Below are positions 33,401 to 41,276 of a DNA stretch of 64,000 bases, in pieces. A program made the translations under genes and the position numbers. This stretch comes from Heterodontus francisci (lineage: Eukaryota), in contig NC_090380.1 of NCBI RefSeq assembly GCF_036365525.1, forward strand, positions 17,856,001 to 17,920,000, written 5' to 3'. Positions within the stretch are counted from its first letter, which is position 1, and each line of letters opens with the position of its first letter. Under the pieces are notes generated by a model. The model did not search any database. It was not told the origin of the DNA and saw only the letters and a program-made list of their open reading frames with translations.

Positions 33401-36263
33401 ATTGAACATGTTCAAGACGGAAATCGTTAGATATCTGGATACTAATGACATCAAGGGATTTGGGGATAGTGAGGGAAACTAGCATTGAGGTAGATGATCA
33501 GCCATGATCTAATTGAATGGCGGAGTAGGCGACGGGCTGAATGGCCTACTTCTATGTTCCTGGGTGGTTGACCTTTCATCAGAACTGTTATGATGAAAGG
33601 TCATCGACCTGAAACATTAACTCTGTTTCTCCTTCCACAGATGCAGCCAGGCCTGCTGAGTATTTCCAGCACTTTGTTTTTATTTCAGATTTCCAGCATC
33701 CACAGTATTTTGCTTTTATTTTAGAGTTACAACCTTGCACTCTGCTTTCCAAAAGGATTTTTGATCTGGGTTCCTTGTTTGCATGGTAACTAAGACCACT
33801 GGCTTGTTTCTGGGCAGATGTGGCCTGAGGTGGCATGTCTGTTCCAGTTCCATTTTATAAAACATAATCATACTACTAAGTCCAGTGTTCATAACACTTG
33901 TTATTCTCAGCTTCTCAGTATTGAGAGTATTCAGATTTACTCAATCTAAGATGCCAATAAAATTGATGCTGTTCTTTATACGGTCAAAATGCAACTTGGA
34001 GTGTAATGAGATAAGAATTTGTTAGACCTACAGTTATTATCCAGTTTGTTGGCATTCTTATTAATGGTACCGTAGTAATTCTTCCATTGGAGCAGTGAAA
34101 TATCTACATTTGCAATATTTCTGTTAGAAATCCCCCTCCAGACTGCTGTCAAAGCTCTAGAAGAAAACAGAGTGTTACTGGGATCTGCACCAAGAAGTTC
34201 AAATGAGCAGGAAATTAAAGGATGTTCAAGCAGTATTGTGGACTCAGAATCACACAGCCAATTCAGACCCAGGGGTCAAAGAAAAGGCAGAGGAAGAGGT
34301 CGTGGCACACAAGCAAGGAGATCTTTCCAGCAGCTATCAAAACGTCGGCCAACCCTGCTTGAAATGGTGAGAGCCTTGTTTTGTATTTATACCGTACTGC
34401 TTTGTGTTATGTTTCATATACCTTGTATGTTCTCCATTGTATAAAGGCATTCAGAGTAATTCACGACTAAAATAGTAAAACAGCATATAAATTATGTATA
34501 AATATGCTGTAAAAGTACTGTCATGTAATTTGTTGTTGCAGAATTTTTCCATTCCCCTTTTCTCTCCCTCTGGTATGGCTGACTTTTCTCCCCACCTCCA
34601 ACCCAGAGGCCAGTTGTGTAGCCTTTACTGCCGCCTTTACTGAGGTCAACTAGCTCGCTACAGACTGGGATCAAAGTTCTTGATCTGTTATTTCAGTACC
34701 GTCCCTTGAGCTGTTGGTTTATTACTAGCCTTTAAACAACCTTGAGGAAGTCCCTTTTTATTAGCTGTTTAAGGGTGGCCAGTAAGCTAGAAAGAACATT
34801 GGTTGCAGGAGGCCCGATGATGCATGCAAGAGATTTCCAGTCGGAATCCTCTAATTGAGGAAAGGTTAAACGGCTTGCTGCTGAGTTGGTACTCATACTA
34901 ATGAAGAGTGTGTTCAGATACGTGTACCAATCTGCTCTCCTAAAACTGTTCCATGTCTTTGGCCATCACTGAGTGGCTTTACCTGTGGACGTGGAGAGTT
35001 TGGGACATTATTTCTTCCTGGAGGCTTGTATTCAAAAATATGAACGTATTTATTTAATTTGGACCATGTCTGAGAGTGAAGTATTGGATGAGGCTGGGAA
35101 GGGGAGATTAATAGAGATGCACATTTAGAAATGTTTTTTGAAACCGACGTCTATAATGTTGGCTAGAGCATTTGGAGCTAATCTTATTGCCTAGAAAACA
35201 TTTCATACTTTTTGAAACCTTCAAAACAAGATTTCTTATGGGACTGGATGGTACAATGGGTTAAAATGTATTTCATTCCTCTATAGGGATTGGTTCTGCA
35301 TCCACCTGAGACTGATAGATGAGTGTCATGATCCCAAGTCAAATGAGCTATGGCAACCTCAACCCAGTGGGTATAAGTCTACAGTACAAAGCTGTCTATA
35401 ATTTGGCAGTTACCTACAATTTATCAACTTACTCAGACAGCAACAAGAATAGCTAGCTGGAAAAATTGACACTAGTGCAGTATGAAGTTAGCTTCATATG
35501 TTGTGGGGGCAGAAATGAGTGAGCTTTACTTTGCATCCTGCTTTGCTTCACAATGATTGATGATGGGTGCCAAAAGTGGTGATGTGTTCTCTTCTCCAAT
35601 AATATCTTTCACAATGATCAGTCATCCTTAAATGTTAAAATGGGGGAAGAAACAAAATTCCCTAAAACAACACACATTGGCGTGTCAGCAAGCAGTTAGA
35701 GAGAAGTACCATAGGCCAGAAGACTTTAGCAAATTGAAGATTTATCACTTTTCTGACCTTTTATCAGGTTTGAATTTTACAATGGGATCTTTCTGGTGAA
35801 GTGCCTCCTGATACAACCCCTCCTAATATAGTGCTACCATTTTTTGCAATCTTTTCTGTTTCCTGTGTTGCAGTTGCTGGCCCGTGACATACGCCACGAA
35901 AGGAATGTAATCTTGCAGTGTGTTCGGTACATCATAGAAAACAAGTTTTGGGGCCTGGAACCAAAGATAAACGGGATGACCGTGAGCCCCATCTTGCCAA
36001 CGACTTCATGTGCAGGGGCAGCGTGTGCCCACAAAACTACAGAATGTAACGAAACGCACAGACTCGAGACACACGACCACAAACTCAAGGTGCACGCTGA
36101 TGAGAACCCTAAAACTGAAGGGATTGGCAAAGACCCCATGATATCCCCAGAAAATACAAAATCGGCATCTGCAACACGGGTGCCTCAGGCAGCATTGGTT
36201 ACATTGTCTGTTGTGGATGATGAAATTTGGGAGATACCAGAAACTGTGTGCGAAGAAAGATGA
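130..36263 (+). CDS. NUFIP1: NUFIP1 (nuclear FMR1-interacting protein 1; Rsa1 orthologue, box C/D snoRNP assembly factor), whole spliced CDS: 130-340, 5019-5113, 6605-6709, 20817-20879, 21052-21128, 25907-25999, 27223-27467, 31338-31478, 34128-34366, 35874-36263
   Basis: Exon lengths 211+95+105+63+77+93+245+141+239+390 = 1659 nt = 552 aa + stop, all GT-AG with matching phases. Recognisable NUFIP1 motifs: [61 protein letters not shown], and [27 protein letters not shown]. Confidence 0.95.
890..1252 (+). mobile_element. tRNA-derived SINE with a CR1-like LINE 3' tail
   Basis: B-box-like agttcaaatcccacc; tail ggcaattagg..gggcaataaatgctggcc..cccatgaatgaattgaaaaaaa. Similar to 37600-38005. Confidence 0.7.
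1300..1780. mobile_element. Penelope-terminus-derived foldback mini-element, interrupted by an HE1 SINE
   Basis: Inverted arms gaagcagagttaacg / gttaactctgcttc, then cacagatgctgccagacctgct...[SINE]...tccagcactttgtttttatttcagatttccag. Confidence 0.6.
1387..1705 (+). mobile_element. HE1-type V-SINE
   Basis: tRNA head ggcgcagtggttagcacc...ggttcgattc; central gggtttccgccgggtgctccggtttcctccc; CR1-like tail ggccgaagggcctgtttcagtgctgtatct. Confidence 0.85.
3443..3579 (+). mobile_element. Young 137-bp Penelope-terminus-derived insertion with a hammerhead-like core
   Basis: Perfect 15-bp TSD ATCACTATAAATAAG at 3428-3442 and 3580-3594. The body matches the terminus attached to the Penelope GIY-YIG fragment at 39550-40200. 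Confidence 0.8.
3777..4325 (-). mobile_element. CR1 LINE 3' fragment
   Basis: ORF 3853-4206 ([19 protein letters not shown]...), CR1 3' UTR and microsatellite tail. Confidence 0.9.
5019..5113 (+). CDS. NUFIP1: NUFIP1 exon 2
   Basis: Acceptor ccag|GT and donor AAG|gtaatg. Open in phase 1 to 0 ([14 protein letters not shown]...YDSRKHK) and bridges exons 1 and 3. The sequence is poorly conserved, so the call rests on splice sites and phase. Confidence 0.7.
5222..5676 (+). mobile_element. Deu-domain SINE (SacSINE1/AmnSINE1-like), full length
   Basis: tRNA head with A/B boxes (tggctcagattgg; ggttcaagtccc), Deu core gatcccatggcactattttgaagaagagcagg, tail ctatataaatgcaag. Confidence 0.8.
5733..6250 (-). 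mobile_element. Deu-domain SINE copy plus a fragment, inverted relative to the 5222 copy
   Basis: cttgcatttatatagc tail at left; ctgctcttcgaatagtgccacaggatcttttac core; agccaagctgacat head at about 6150. Confidence 0.75.
6605..6709 (+). CDS. NUFIP1: NUFIP1 exon 3 (basic stretch + C2H2 zinc finger 1)
   Basis: (Q)[34 protein letters not shown]; tandem acceptor tagCAG; donor CAG|gtagga. Confidence 0.93.
6780..7070 (+). mobile_element. Highly decayed LF-SINE-like relic
   Basis: agtggatataagccgacagcataaaa...aattgcc resembles my recall of the LF-SINE body and the copy at 35240. Confidence 0.35.
7094..8492 (-). mobile_element. Solo LTR with internal inversion and a GC-rich insertion
   Basis: TGT...ACA ends. 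Homologous to the LTR at 45260-46064: the left terminus is in minus orientation and the interior in plus orientation (see findings). Confidence 0.7.
7467..8089. mobile_element. CpG-rich non-autonomous insertion inside the LTR
   Basis: Abrupt GC/CpG-rich block splitting LTR sequence gaatttgt|acaaat. It has G-rich then C-rich halves and carries CTCF, YY1 and CRE motifs. Confidence 0.6.
8790..9250 (+). mobile_element. 3' end of a second CR1-clade LINE family
   Basis: Decayed atccaagataaagcagtccacttggttggcatcc...accatctacaagatgca...gggcaattagg tail. Same family as 56975-57825. Confidence 0.7.
9295..10193 (+). mobile_element. CR1 LINE 3' fragment
   Basis: ORF 9351-9890 (EVIHFGRK...[15 protein letters not shown]) and 3' UTR ending ttcttatgttct. 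Confidence 0.92.
10555..11720. mobile_element. L2 LINE fragments (+ strand 3' part 10555-11105; - strand upstream part 11110-11720)
   Basis: L2 C-terminal hallmarks ctacattgactcccagtc..gattttaaaattctc and ctccttaaaacatacctctttgaccaagctttt; GA-rich antisense endonuclease-linker region. Confidence 0.7.
12121..12850. mobile_element. MITE, PIF/Harbinger-like
   Basis: TIRs GGGCTGAATT / AATCCAGCCC, 3-bp TSD AGA on both sides, no coding capacity. Confidence 0.8.
13575..13865 (+). mobile_element. CR1 3' end fragment with deletions
   Basis: ggtgatctcattgaaacgtacaag...gatcagccatgatcgtattgaatggcagagcaggctcgagggctga. Confidence 0.8.
15215..15330 (+). mobile_element. Short SINE/LINE 3' tail (CR1-type)
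   Basis: ttgggccgaatggcctgtttctgtgctgtaaattctatg. Confidence 0.6.
15383..16194. mobile_element. MITE, PIF/Harbinger-like
   Basis: TIRs GGGCTGGATTCTAC / GTAAAATCCAGCCC; flanks AGT/TGT; C-rich interior. Confidence 0.8.
16750..17490 (+). mobile_element. L2 LINE 3' fragment
   Basis: [27 protein letters not shown] and [14 protein letters not shown]; tail gctacattaaaggtgctata. Confidence 0.85.
17520..18470 (-). mobile_element. Decayed CR1-clade LINE (family of 56975-57825), with a Deu-SINE tail inserted at about 18150-18260
   Basis: ccatccctaattgaccttgagaagg tail; colinear similarity to 56975-57825. Confidence 0.7.
18713..18834. repeat. Degenerate ~47-bp tandem repeat, about 2.6 copies
   Basis: tgtgaataatat..tacattaac..cagctgct recurs at about 18713, 18759 and 18806. 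Confidence 0.7.
19370..19810 (-). mobile_element. Deu-domain SINE
   Basis: aaagacttgtatttacat tail; ggagaactcccctgctct..aatagtgtcatgag core; gaggctgacac head. Confidence 0.8.
20817..20879 (+). CDS. NUFIP1: NUFIP1 exon 4 (second zinc finger)
   Basis: Polypyrimidine tract + ggcag|TGT; [21 protein letters not shown]; donor AAT|gtaagt. Confidence 0.95.
21052..21128 (+). CDS. NUFIP1: NUFIP1 exon 5 (PEP motif, 5' part)
   Basis: acag|GCA; [25 protein letters not shown]; donor AG|gtgagc, phase 2. Confidence 0.95.
21530..21705 (-). mobile_element. CR1 3' end
   Basis: catagaatgattacagcacagaaagaggccattcagcc. Confidence 0.75.
22010..22410 (-). mobile_element. Deu-domain SINE (decayed)
   Basis: ggagaactcccttctcctcctttgaatagtcccatagaatcttt; gagtgctaccaactgagcca head. 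Confidence 0.7.
23110..23365 (+). mobile_element. CR1 3' end (decayed)
   Basis: aattcttttcacagagagaataattagaatgtgggatgcttt...ggcacgatggactgaat. Confidence 0.6.
25073..25530 (-). mobile_element. Deu-domain SINE with an internal 20-bp tandem duplication
   Basis: aaatagtgccatgggatctttaacatcc core; cactgcttctgacaatacaa repeated twice at about 25375-25415. Confidence 0.8.
25907..25999 (+). CDS. NUFIP1: NUFIP1 exon 6
   Basis: ttcag|G; (R)[31 protein letters not shown]; donor GG|gtaagt. Confidence 0.95.
26597..26815 (-). mobile_element. CR1-clade LINE 3' tail (family of 56975-57825)
   Basis: attcattctcgggatgtggttgtcgctggcaaggc..catccctagttgccctt. Confidence 0.7.
27223..27467 (+). CDS. NUFIP1: NUFIP1 exon 7
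   Basis: ctttctttccag|T; KMKGKWK...[13 protein letters not shown]; donor CAG|gtatga. Confidence 0.92.
27535..27775 (-). mobile_element. Deu-domain SINE 3' part
   Basis: tgtatttatatagtgcc tail; gagggataaatattggccaggacac core. Confidence 0.7.
29135..30308 (-). mobile_element. Young 5'-truncated CR1 LINE (uninterrupted RT C-terminal frame), inserted in a decayed Penelope foldback element
   Basis: ORF 29205-30410 has [23 protein letters not shown] and KFADDTK with no stops. The first ~34 aa come from flanking DNA. The flanks continue the ...cagatgctgac / gtatttccag... Penelope terminus. Confidence 0.95.
31338..31478 (+). CDS. NUFIP1: NUFIP1 exon 8
   Basis: ttgcag|AG; ESDKDEG...[28 protein letters not shown]; donor GAGG|gtaaat. 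Confidence 0.93.
32474..32705 (-). mobile_element. HE1-type V-SINE, 5'-truncated
   Basis: Reverse complement of the 3' half of 1387-1705. Confidence 0.85.
33180..33722. mobile_element. Penelope-terminus foldback element with two divergently oriented hammerhead-like cores; CR1 3' end (33256-33560, +) inserted in the left arm
   Basis: Left arm aataaaacagaaaatgccggaaatactcag..cagagttaacgtttc is the reverse complement of right arm gaaacattaactctg..ctgagtatttccagcactttgtttttatt. Confidence 0.75.
34128..34366 (+). CDS. NUFIP1: NUFIP1 exon 9
   Basis: tgttag|AA; [17 protein letters not shown]...RGRGRG...RRPTLLEM; donor ATG|gtgaga. Confidence 0.92.
34555..34705 (-). mobile_element. Old tRNA-derived SINE relic (similar relics near 23880-24030 and 30840-30945)
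   Basis: Shared decayed motif gaggccagttgtgtagc..ctgaggtcaactagctcg..acagactgggatcaaa. Confidence 0.4.
35240..35600 (+). mobile_element. LF-SINE-like relic
   Basis: Starts GGGACTGGATGG, then aaatgagctatggcaacctcaacccagt and ctataatttggca, in the order I recall for the LF-SINE consensus. Confidence 0.5.
35874..36263 (+). CDS. NUFIP1: NUFIP1 exon 10 (ZNHIT3-binding region + extension, stop)
   Basis: ttgcag|TTG; [29 protein letters not shown]...; TGA at 36261-36263. Confidence 0.95.
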   Translation: MLARDIRHERNVILQCVRYIIENKFWGLEPKINGMTVSPILPTTSCAGAACAHKTTECNETHRLETHDHKLKVHADENPKTEGIGKDPMISPENTKSASATRVPQAALVTLSVVDDEIWEIPETVCEER

Positions 36264-36397
36264 TTGAGCAGAACACGGACGCTTTACTCGGGGATGGGAA
36301 GAAGACTCTTGACAGAGACCTGATGAATTTGTACAGCTCTGTGTAGACTTGCTTTGTTTCCTTTGATATTTTAAAGGAATGAGAGAGATTTACTTCT

Positions 36398-36407
36398 AAT
36401 AAATAAA
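36398..36407 (+). terminator. Candidate polyadenylation signal of NUFIP1
   Basis: Overlapping AATAAATAAA 135 nt after the stop codon, with T-rich sequence downstream. Confidence 0.65.
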
Positions 36408-37599
36408 ACTGGTTAGATTTTTGCTACCAAAAGATTTCAGGACTTTCAAACTGTTATTTGCCACGTCTTAAATTATACGGCATGTTTTATAGAAGTAAGG
36501 AGTTGCCATTTGCTTGCCAGACATAAATTTATATTTTGACCTGGATCCCACACTTCTTACATTAATTGCTCATTTTGTGACCGTTTAAAACTCACCATAA
36601 ACACTTTTTAGTGTCAAAATGATCCTGATCCCCTCTATTCCTGTGAGCTGTTCTACAGAATGATGTCCTGAGGAGAGTAGCTTTCCCCCCCCCCCCCCCT
36701 CACCCTGCCCCCACAAAGTGATTAGTCTATTAAGAGTTGTGGGGTGGTTGAGGGAGCACTGTTAGAATTATATACCAGAGATGTTAAGAGTAATAGACCT
36801 TCACCCCATGCAAACTCAATGCACTGGAGAGCTCCGTAACCTCCAGCACCCCCACTACCACCCACTTCCTGTACTTACCAATTTATAATAATTTAAATGA
36901 AGCTGATGAGAAAGTGTGAGCTGTGCCAGAATTTGGTTCTGTACATTAAAAGCTTCCTTTCCACGCTACAGCTGAAGTACATCCTCCCGAATTGGTGTGG
37001 GACAAGTGTACAGGCTTTGTTTCCTTTTGTCTGTTTGCTATGGGCTGTGTCCTGGTTGGATGGTTCAGAGGTTAGGTTCCCATCAGCTCACATCATCTGA
37101 TATTTCTACATTAGAATTTGCAGGTGTTTCCCACCCCCACACCCAACCAAGTAAAGGTCTGTGACTTTCCCAACTCTGCAGGAGCAGTGTTGATGCGAAA
37201 CTGTGGGAAGGAGCATTCATCGTGGGGAGTCAAGTGAATGTGGCCTGCTGATTTATTCAACAGTAGAAATTTGTTCTAATGGTTTTACTGTGTTCTCCAG
37301 CAGTCCACGAAGGGTTAACGACACCACCTAAGTGCTTAGACTCTGGGGTAGAACTCACCCAAGTGCTGCAGCATTGATGAGCTTGAGAGGGAAACGTGCC
37401 CTGTTTCTGTCTGTAATTTTGGCTAAAGACAGTCATTAGTCAATAGTCTATATAACTAAATGCTGAAAGATCCAGAGATACTGGGTACAAAACACAATCA
37501 GTTGTTGATTTCTGGATAGGCCATGAAGCTTGAGTAGCAATGATTAGGATCTGTGTCTGATGTGGATTGGAGAGGTCGTGAGGAGCAGTTGAGACTTTG

Positions 37600-38005
37600 G
37601 GGAGATGGTGACGCAGTGGTGATGTCACTAGGCTAGTAATCTAGAGGCCCTGGCTAATGCCCTGGGGGCATGGATTCAAATCCCACCACCGCAACTGGTG
37701 GAATTCAAATTTAATCAATTGAAAGAAAATCTGGAATTGAAAGCTAGTCTCAGTAATTGCACCATTACTATCATTGATGGTCGTAAAAAAAACCCATCTG
37801 GTTCACTAATGTCCTTTCGGGAAGGAAATCTGCTGTCCTTACCTGGTCTGGCTGACATGTGACTCCAGACCCACAGCAATGTGGTTGGCCCTTAACTGCC
37901 CTCTGAAATGGCTGAGAAGCCACTCAGTTCAAGGGTAATTAGGGATGGGCAACAAATACTGGCTTTGCCAGTGATGCCCACATCCAATGAAGGAATATAA
38001 AAAAA
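37600..38005 (+). mobile_element. tRNA-derived SINE (family of 890-1252), near full length
   Basis: ggtgacgcagtggtgatgtcact head, ggattcaaatcccacc B box, LINE-like tail agggatgggcaacaaatactggc. Confidence 0.8.
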
Positions 38006-39309
38006 GTGGAATGTCCTTATTTTCCATTTATGTCATGTTTATACATGAAAACAAGCTGGGAATCCTGCTGAATTTACTCTGGCCTTTTGTGAGAATCCCC
38101 AAAGAAATTCCTGGTGCATATTTTTACCATTGGATTAATTCCAGTTAAGTAATTTCAGTGCATAATATCACCTGCTTTGAATTTGACCAGTGTTTTATAT
38201 CTTGGGACCCAGCTGTCAGCTATTACTAGTAATAGTGACATCCTATGTGCAGCTCTTCAACGATTTTTCAAACGGAAATTATAATGCTGAGAGTTGCTGC
38301 TGCTTTCTCAAAATGCACACAACCCTTGCCTCCTACACGAAAACTGCATTGGCAGCTGTTGTAAACTAGTGATATACTCATTATTACTGTAAAGACAAAA
38401 CAGTCAGTGTAATATTAACAGGAGTGCTGGGGATTGGGGTGGGGATGGAATACTACACAGCAGGAAGATGACAAAATGCAAGCCCAATAAGCGTGCTAAA
38501 CGTGTTTTGCTTGTCTCTAAGAGCCTGTTATTGATTCAAATCTTGATTCAAGATCTTGCACCTTTTTGAAAGTAATTTGGGTAGAGCTGATTATATGAGT
38601 GACAGTATGAAGTGTTACTCAACACTCGTTACAAATCGTTTTGTGTTTCTATAAAGCTACAGAAATCAGTCTGACAGTTTACAGCACACCTGTGAAGGTA
38701 ATGGCTTCTTGTATGTCACACATTGTAGGAGGAAGATGTATCAAGTCATCATTGTCTCATTTCACATGTTTTGCTGAGCTCTTCACAAGCTTGATTAGAG
38801 CATAAAAGCTCAAGATGCTGGGTTTACTTTTAATACAATTGTATAAAGACACAGAAGTTCTACTGTCTCTGATGCCAAAAACTGAATTCCCTGATGTCAG
38901 CTGGATTATTTTAATGATTTATTAGGTCTTGGCTAAATGGAGATCATTATCAGAAATGGTTTGAGTAAACGTCTTTTGGGTCATCTGTTCAATGCTAAGA
39001 ACTATTCTCGCCACTCTTTCTCTCCCCGGCCCCCCAACCCACACTTTTCTGTTCTATCTTGCTGTATTCTCGAGAACATTTCAGACTTTTCCTGTACTTG
39101 GCTTATCAGCGTAGAAAATTGCAGCACCCCATAAATTTATGTTCAAGTATATCCAGAGTACTGCCTTCTACCATCCAACTGCAGTCTGTTTCTATTGATT
39201 TGAGCAAAGCTGATGGAGTGGTAATTGAAAGGTAATCTCTTGTATAGCCAGATTTTTTTTTTGGGGGGGCAGGGTGGTGATAGGTTGGGTAGGAGATACA
39301 AAAGCTCGT

Positions 39310-39545
39310 ACTGGATTACCATCCTAAATACAGCATTCACTGCCTGTGTTGTAGCTGGAGTTTGTATTATCTACAGGATGCACTACAGCAATTCACCAAG
39401 GGTCCTTTGGGCAGTATCTCCCACCCTTGTGATCACTACCTACCAAAAAGACAAGAGCAACAGTATCATGGGATTATCGTCGTTTCGATATTACTTTTCA
39501 AGTCGTACACCATCCTGACTTGGATGTATATCACCATTCTTTCAT
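39310..39545 (+). mobile_element. Decayed CR1-clade LINE fragment (family of 56975-57825)
   Basis: tattatctacaggatgcactacagcaattcaccaagg...caccatcctgacttgga. Confidence 0.55.
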
Positions 39546-39549
39546 TAAT

Positions 39550-40200
39550 ACAAGAGCGGAATGCTGCGGATGCTGGAAATCTGAAACAAAGATAGAAAGT
39601 GCTGGAAATACACAGCAGATCTGGCAGCATCTGTGGAGAGAGAAATAGAGTTAATGTTTCAGGTGAATAACCTTTCAACAGAACTGGGAAAAATTAGAAA
39701 TGTAATAGGTTTAAAGCAGGTGAAATGGGAGTGGGTGAGGGCAATAAAGGGGATGTCTGTGATAGGGTGGAAGAGAAGAGAGATTAAATGACAAAAGTGT
39801 TCAGGGCCAAAGGAGAATAAAAGAAGTGCCTAGAGCAGGCGTAAATGGAAAAAACGCTGCCGTCTAAAAGCGAAAGTAAAACCAAAACCTGCAAAGGAAA
39901 AGGAAACAAAATGGGGGCAGAGGTTACAGTCTGAAATTTTTGAACTGGTCGTTGGGTTGGGAAGGCTGTAAAGTGCCTAATTGAAAGATGAGGTGTTCCC
40001 AAGCTTCATTAGAACGCTGCAGTAGGCTGAGGACAGAGGGGTCTGCGTGAGAGCAAGGTGGGGAATTGAAATGATGTGACCGATAGCTCAAGTCAAGCTT
40101 GTGGACTGAATGGAGGTGTTCCGCAAAGCGATCACCCAATCTGCGTTTGGTCTCCCGAATATAGAGCAGACCACATTGTGAGCAGCAAATACATTGCTGG
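39550..40200 (-). mobile_element. Penelope-like element 3' fragment (GIY-YIG endonuclease end + terminal repeat)
   Basis: Frameshifted GDRFAEHLHSVHK..HFNSPPCSHAD..EHLIFQLGTLQP, followed on the minus strand by a hammerhead-like core and the cacagatgctgcc terminus. Confidence 0.8.
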
Positions 40201-41276
40201 ACTGAATCTGGGTGCAGGAACTGAAGTTGTGTCCTTCCCCTAGTCTTTCGGTCAGTCTCAGCTCCTGGTCTAACAGCAGCAACCGCAGGTTGTGTCTGGT
40301 GGCCTTGCCGCAGCTCTGGACGTTCAATGGTCAGGTCCTGGAGCTGATCCTCATGGTGGTGGTCCTCACCAAGCCTGAACTGCTGCTTCTGGGGCTAGGA
40401 GCCTTGTCCGGCTGCTTGTCATCTACAAGTTCCCACAATTCAATCAGCTGCACCGTGGGGAATGGGGTGAGAGATCGGAAGAAGGAGGGAGGCAGAGAGT
40501 TTAAACTCTTTGGGAAAACTGTAAGGGATACTTGGGATGAAGTTCAGATAAAAGGCATAGGAGGTAAAAGGGATTAAAATTAAATAATGCAAAAATTTCA
40601 TATAAGTAGTAATATGCAAAATAATTTTTATATAAAGTCTCATAGGCAAAAAGAAATGTAATTAAACTGAGCTGGTAAAACTACAGACACCAGGGAGAAA
40701 ATAAATTGTGAGTCGAGCTGAAAAGTTCTGTTCAAAGTTTGGTAAAGTGTTTAAAAGTTTTAAGAGTTTATAAAAGCTTTGAAAAGTGTTTTAAAGTGTT
40801 TAAGATACTCACTTGCCTTTGAGCTGAAGACTTACCTCAGAGGGGGCATGTCATTAGGGGGCATAGCTTCTCCAGGAATGTGCCTCGCTGCTCGGCCTCA
40901 CTGATCCTCTCATTGGGCCATGCTGCAGCAAGAAGTTGAAGTTCTCATTGCAGCCAACCAACTAGGTTTATTTGTATTTCTCAGTGCGGTCAGCGGAAAA
41001 TGCCACTGCTTTGCCGCTGACCACAAAATCCAGGTCAATGTTTAGATCATGTGGATAGGAGTATCTGTACTCTCCAAGCATTTAAATGTATTCCAAACAA
41101 GCTTACGGATCAGTGAGGGCTTTCAACATACCCTCGAGCACTTTTTAAAATGATGTTTGACATTGCATTGCTATACCCCATGTACTGCCAAGCAGTGTGA
41201 CTGCTACTTCTACAGGTCCTTGCAACTCCCTTGCTCCAGAATCTGCGGAGCAGAAACCACTTTGCAGTGACCGATA

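Larger units (their letters stand above)
32154..33896 (-). mobile_element. Solo LTR hosting an HE1 SINE, a Penelope foldback and a CR1 tail
   Basis: TGTTACGACC...TTCATAACA termini like the other LTRs here; flanks TTTG/CTTG (4-bp TSD, 1 mismatch). Confidence 0.55.
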
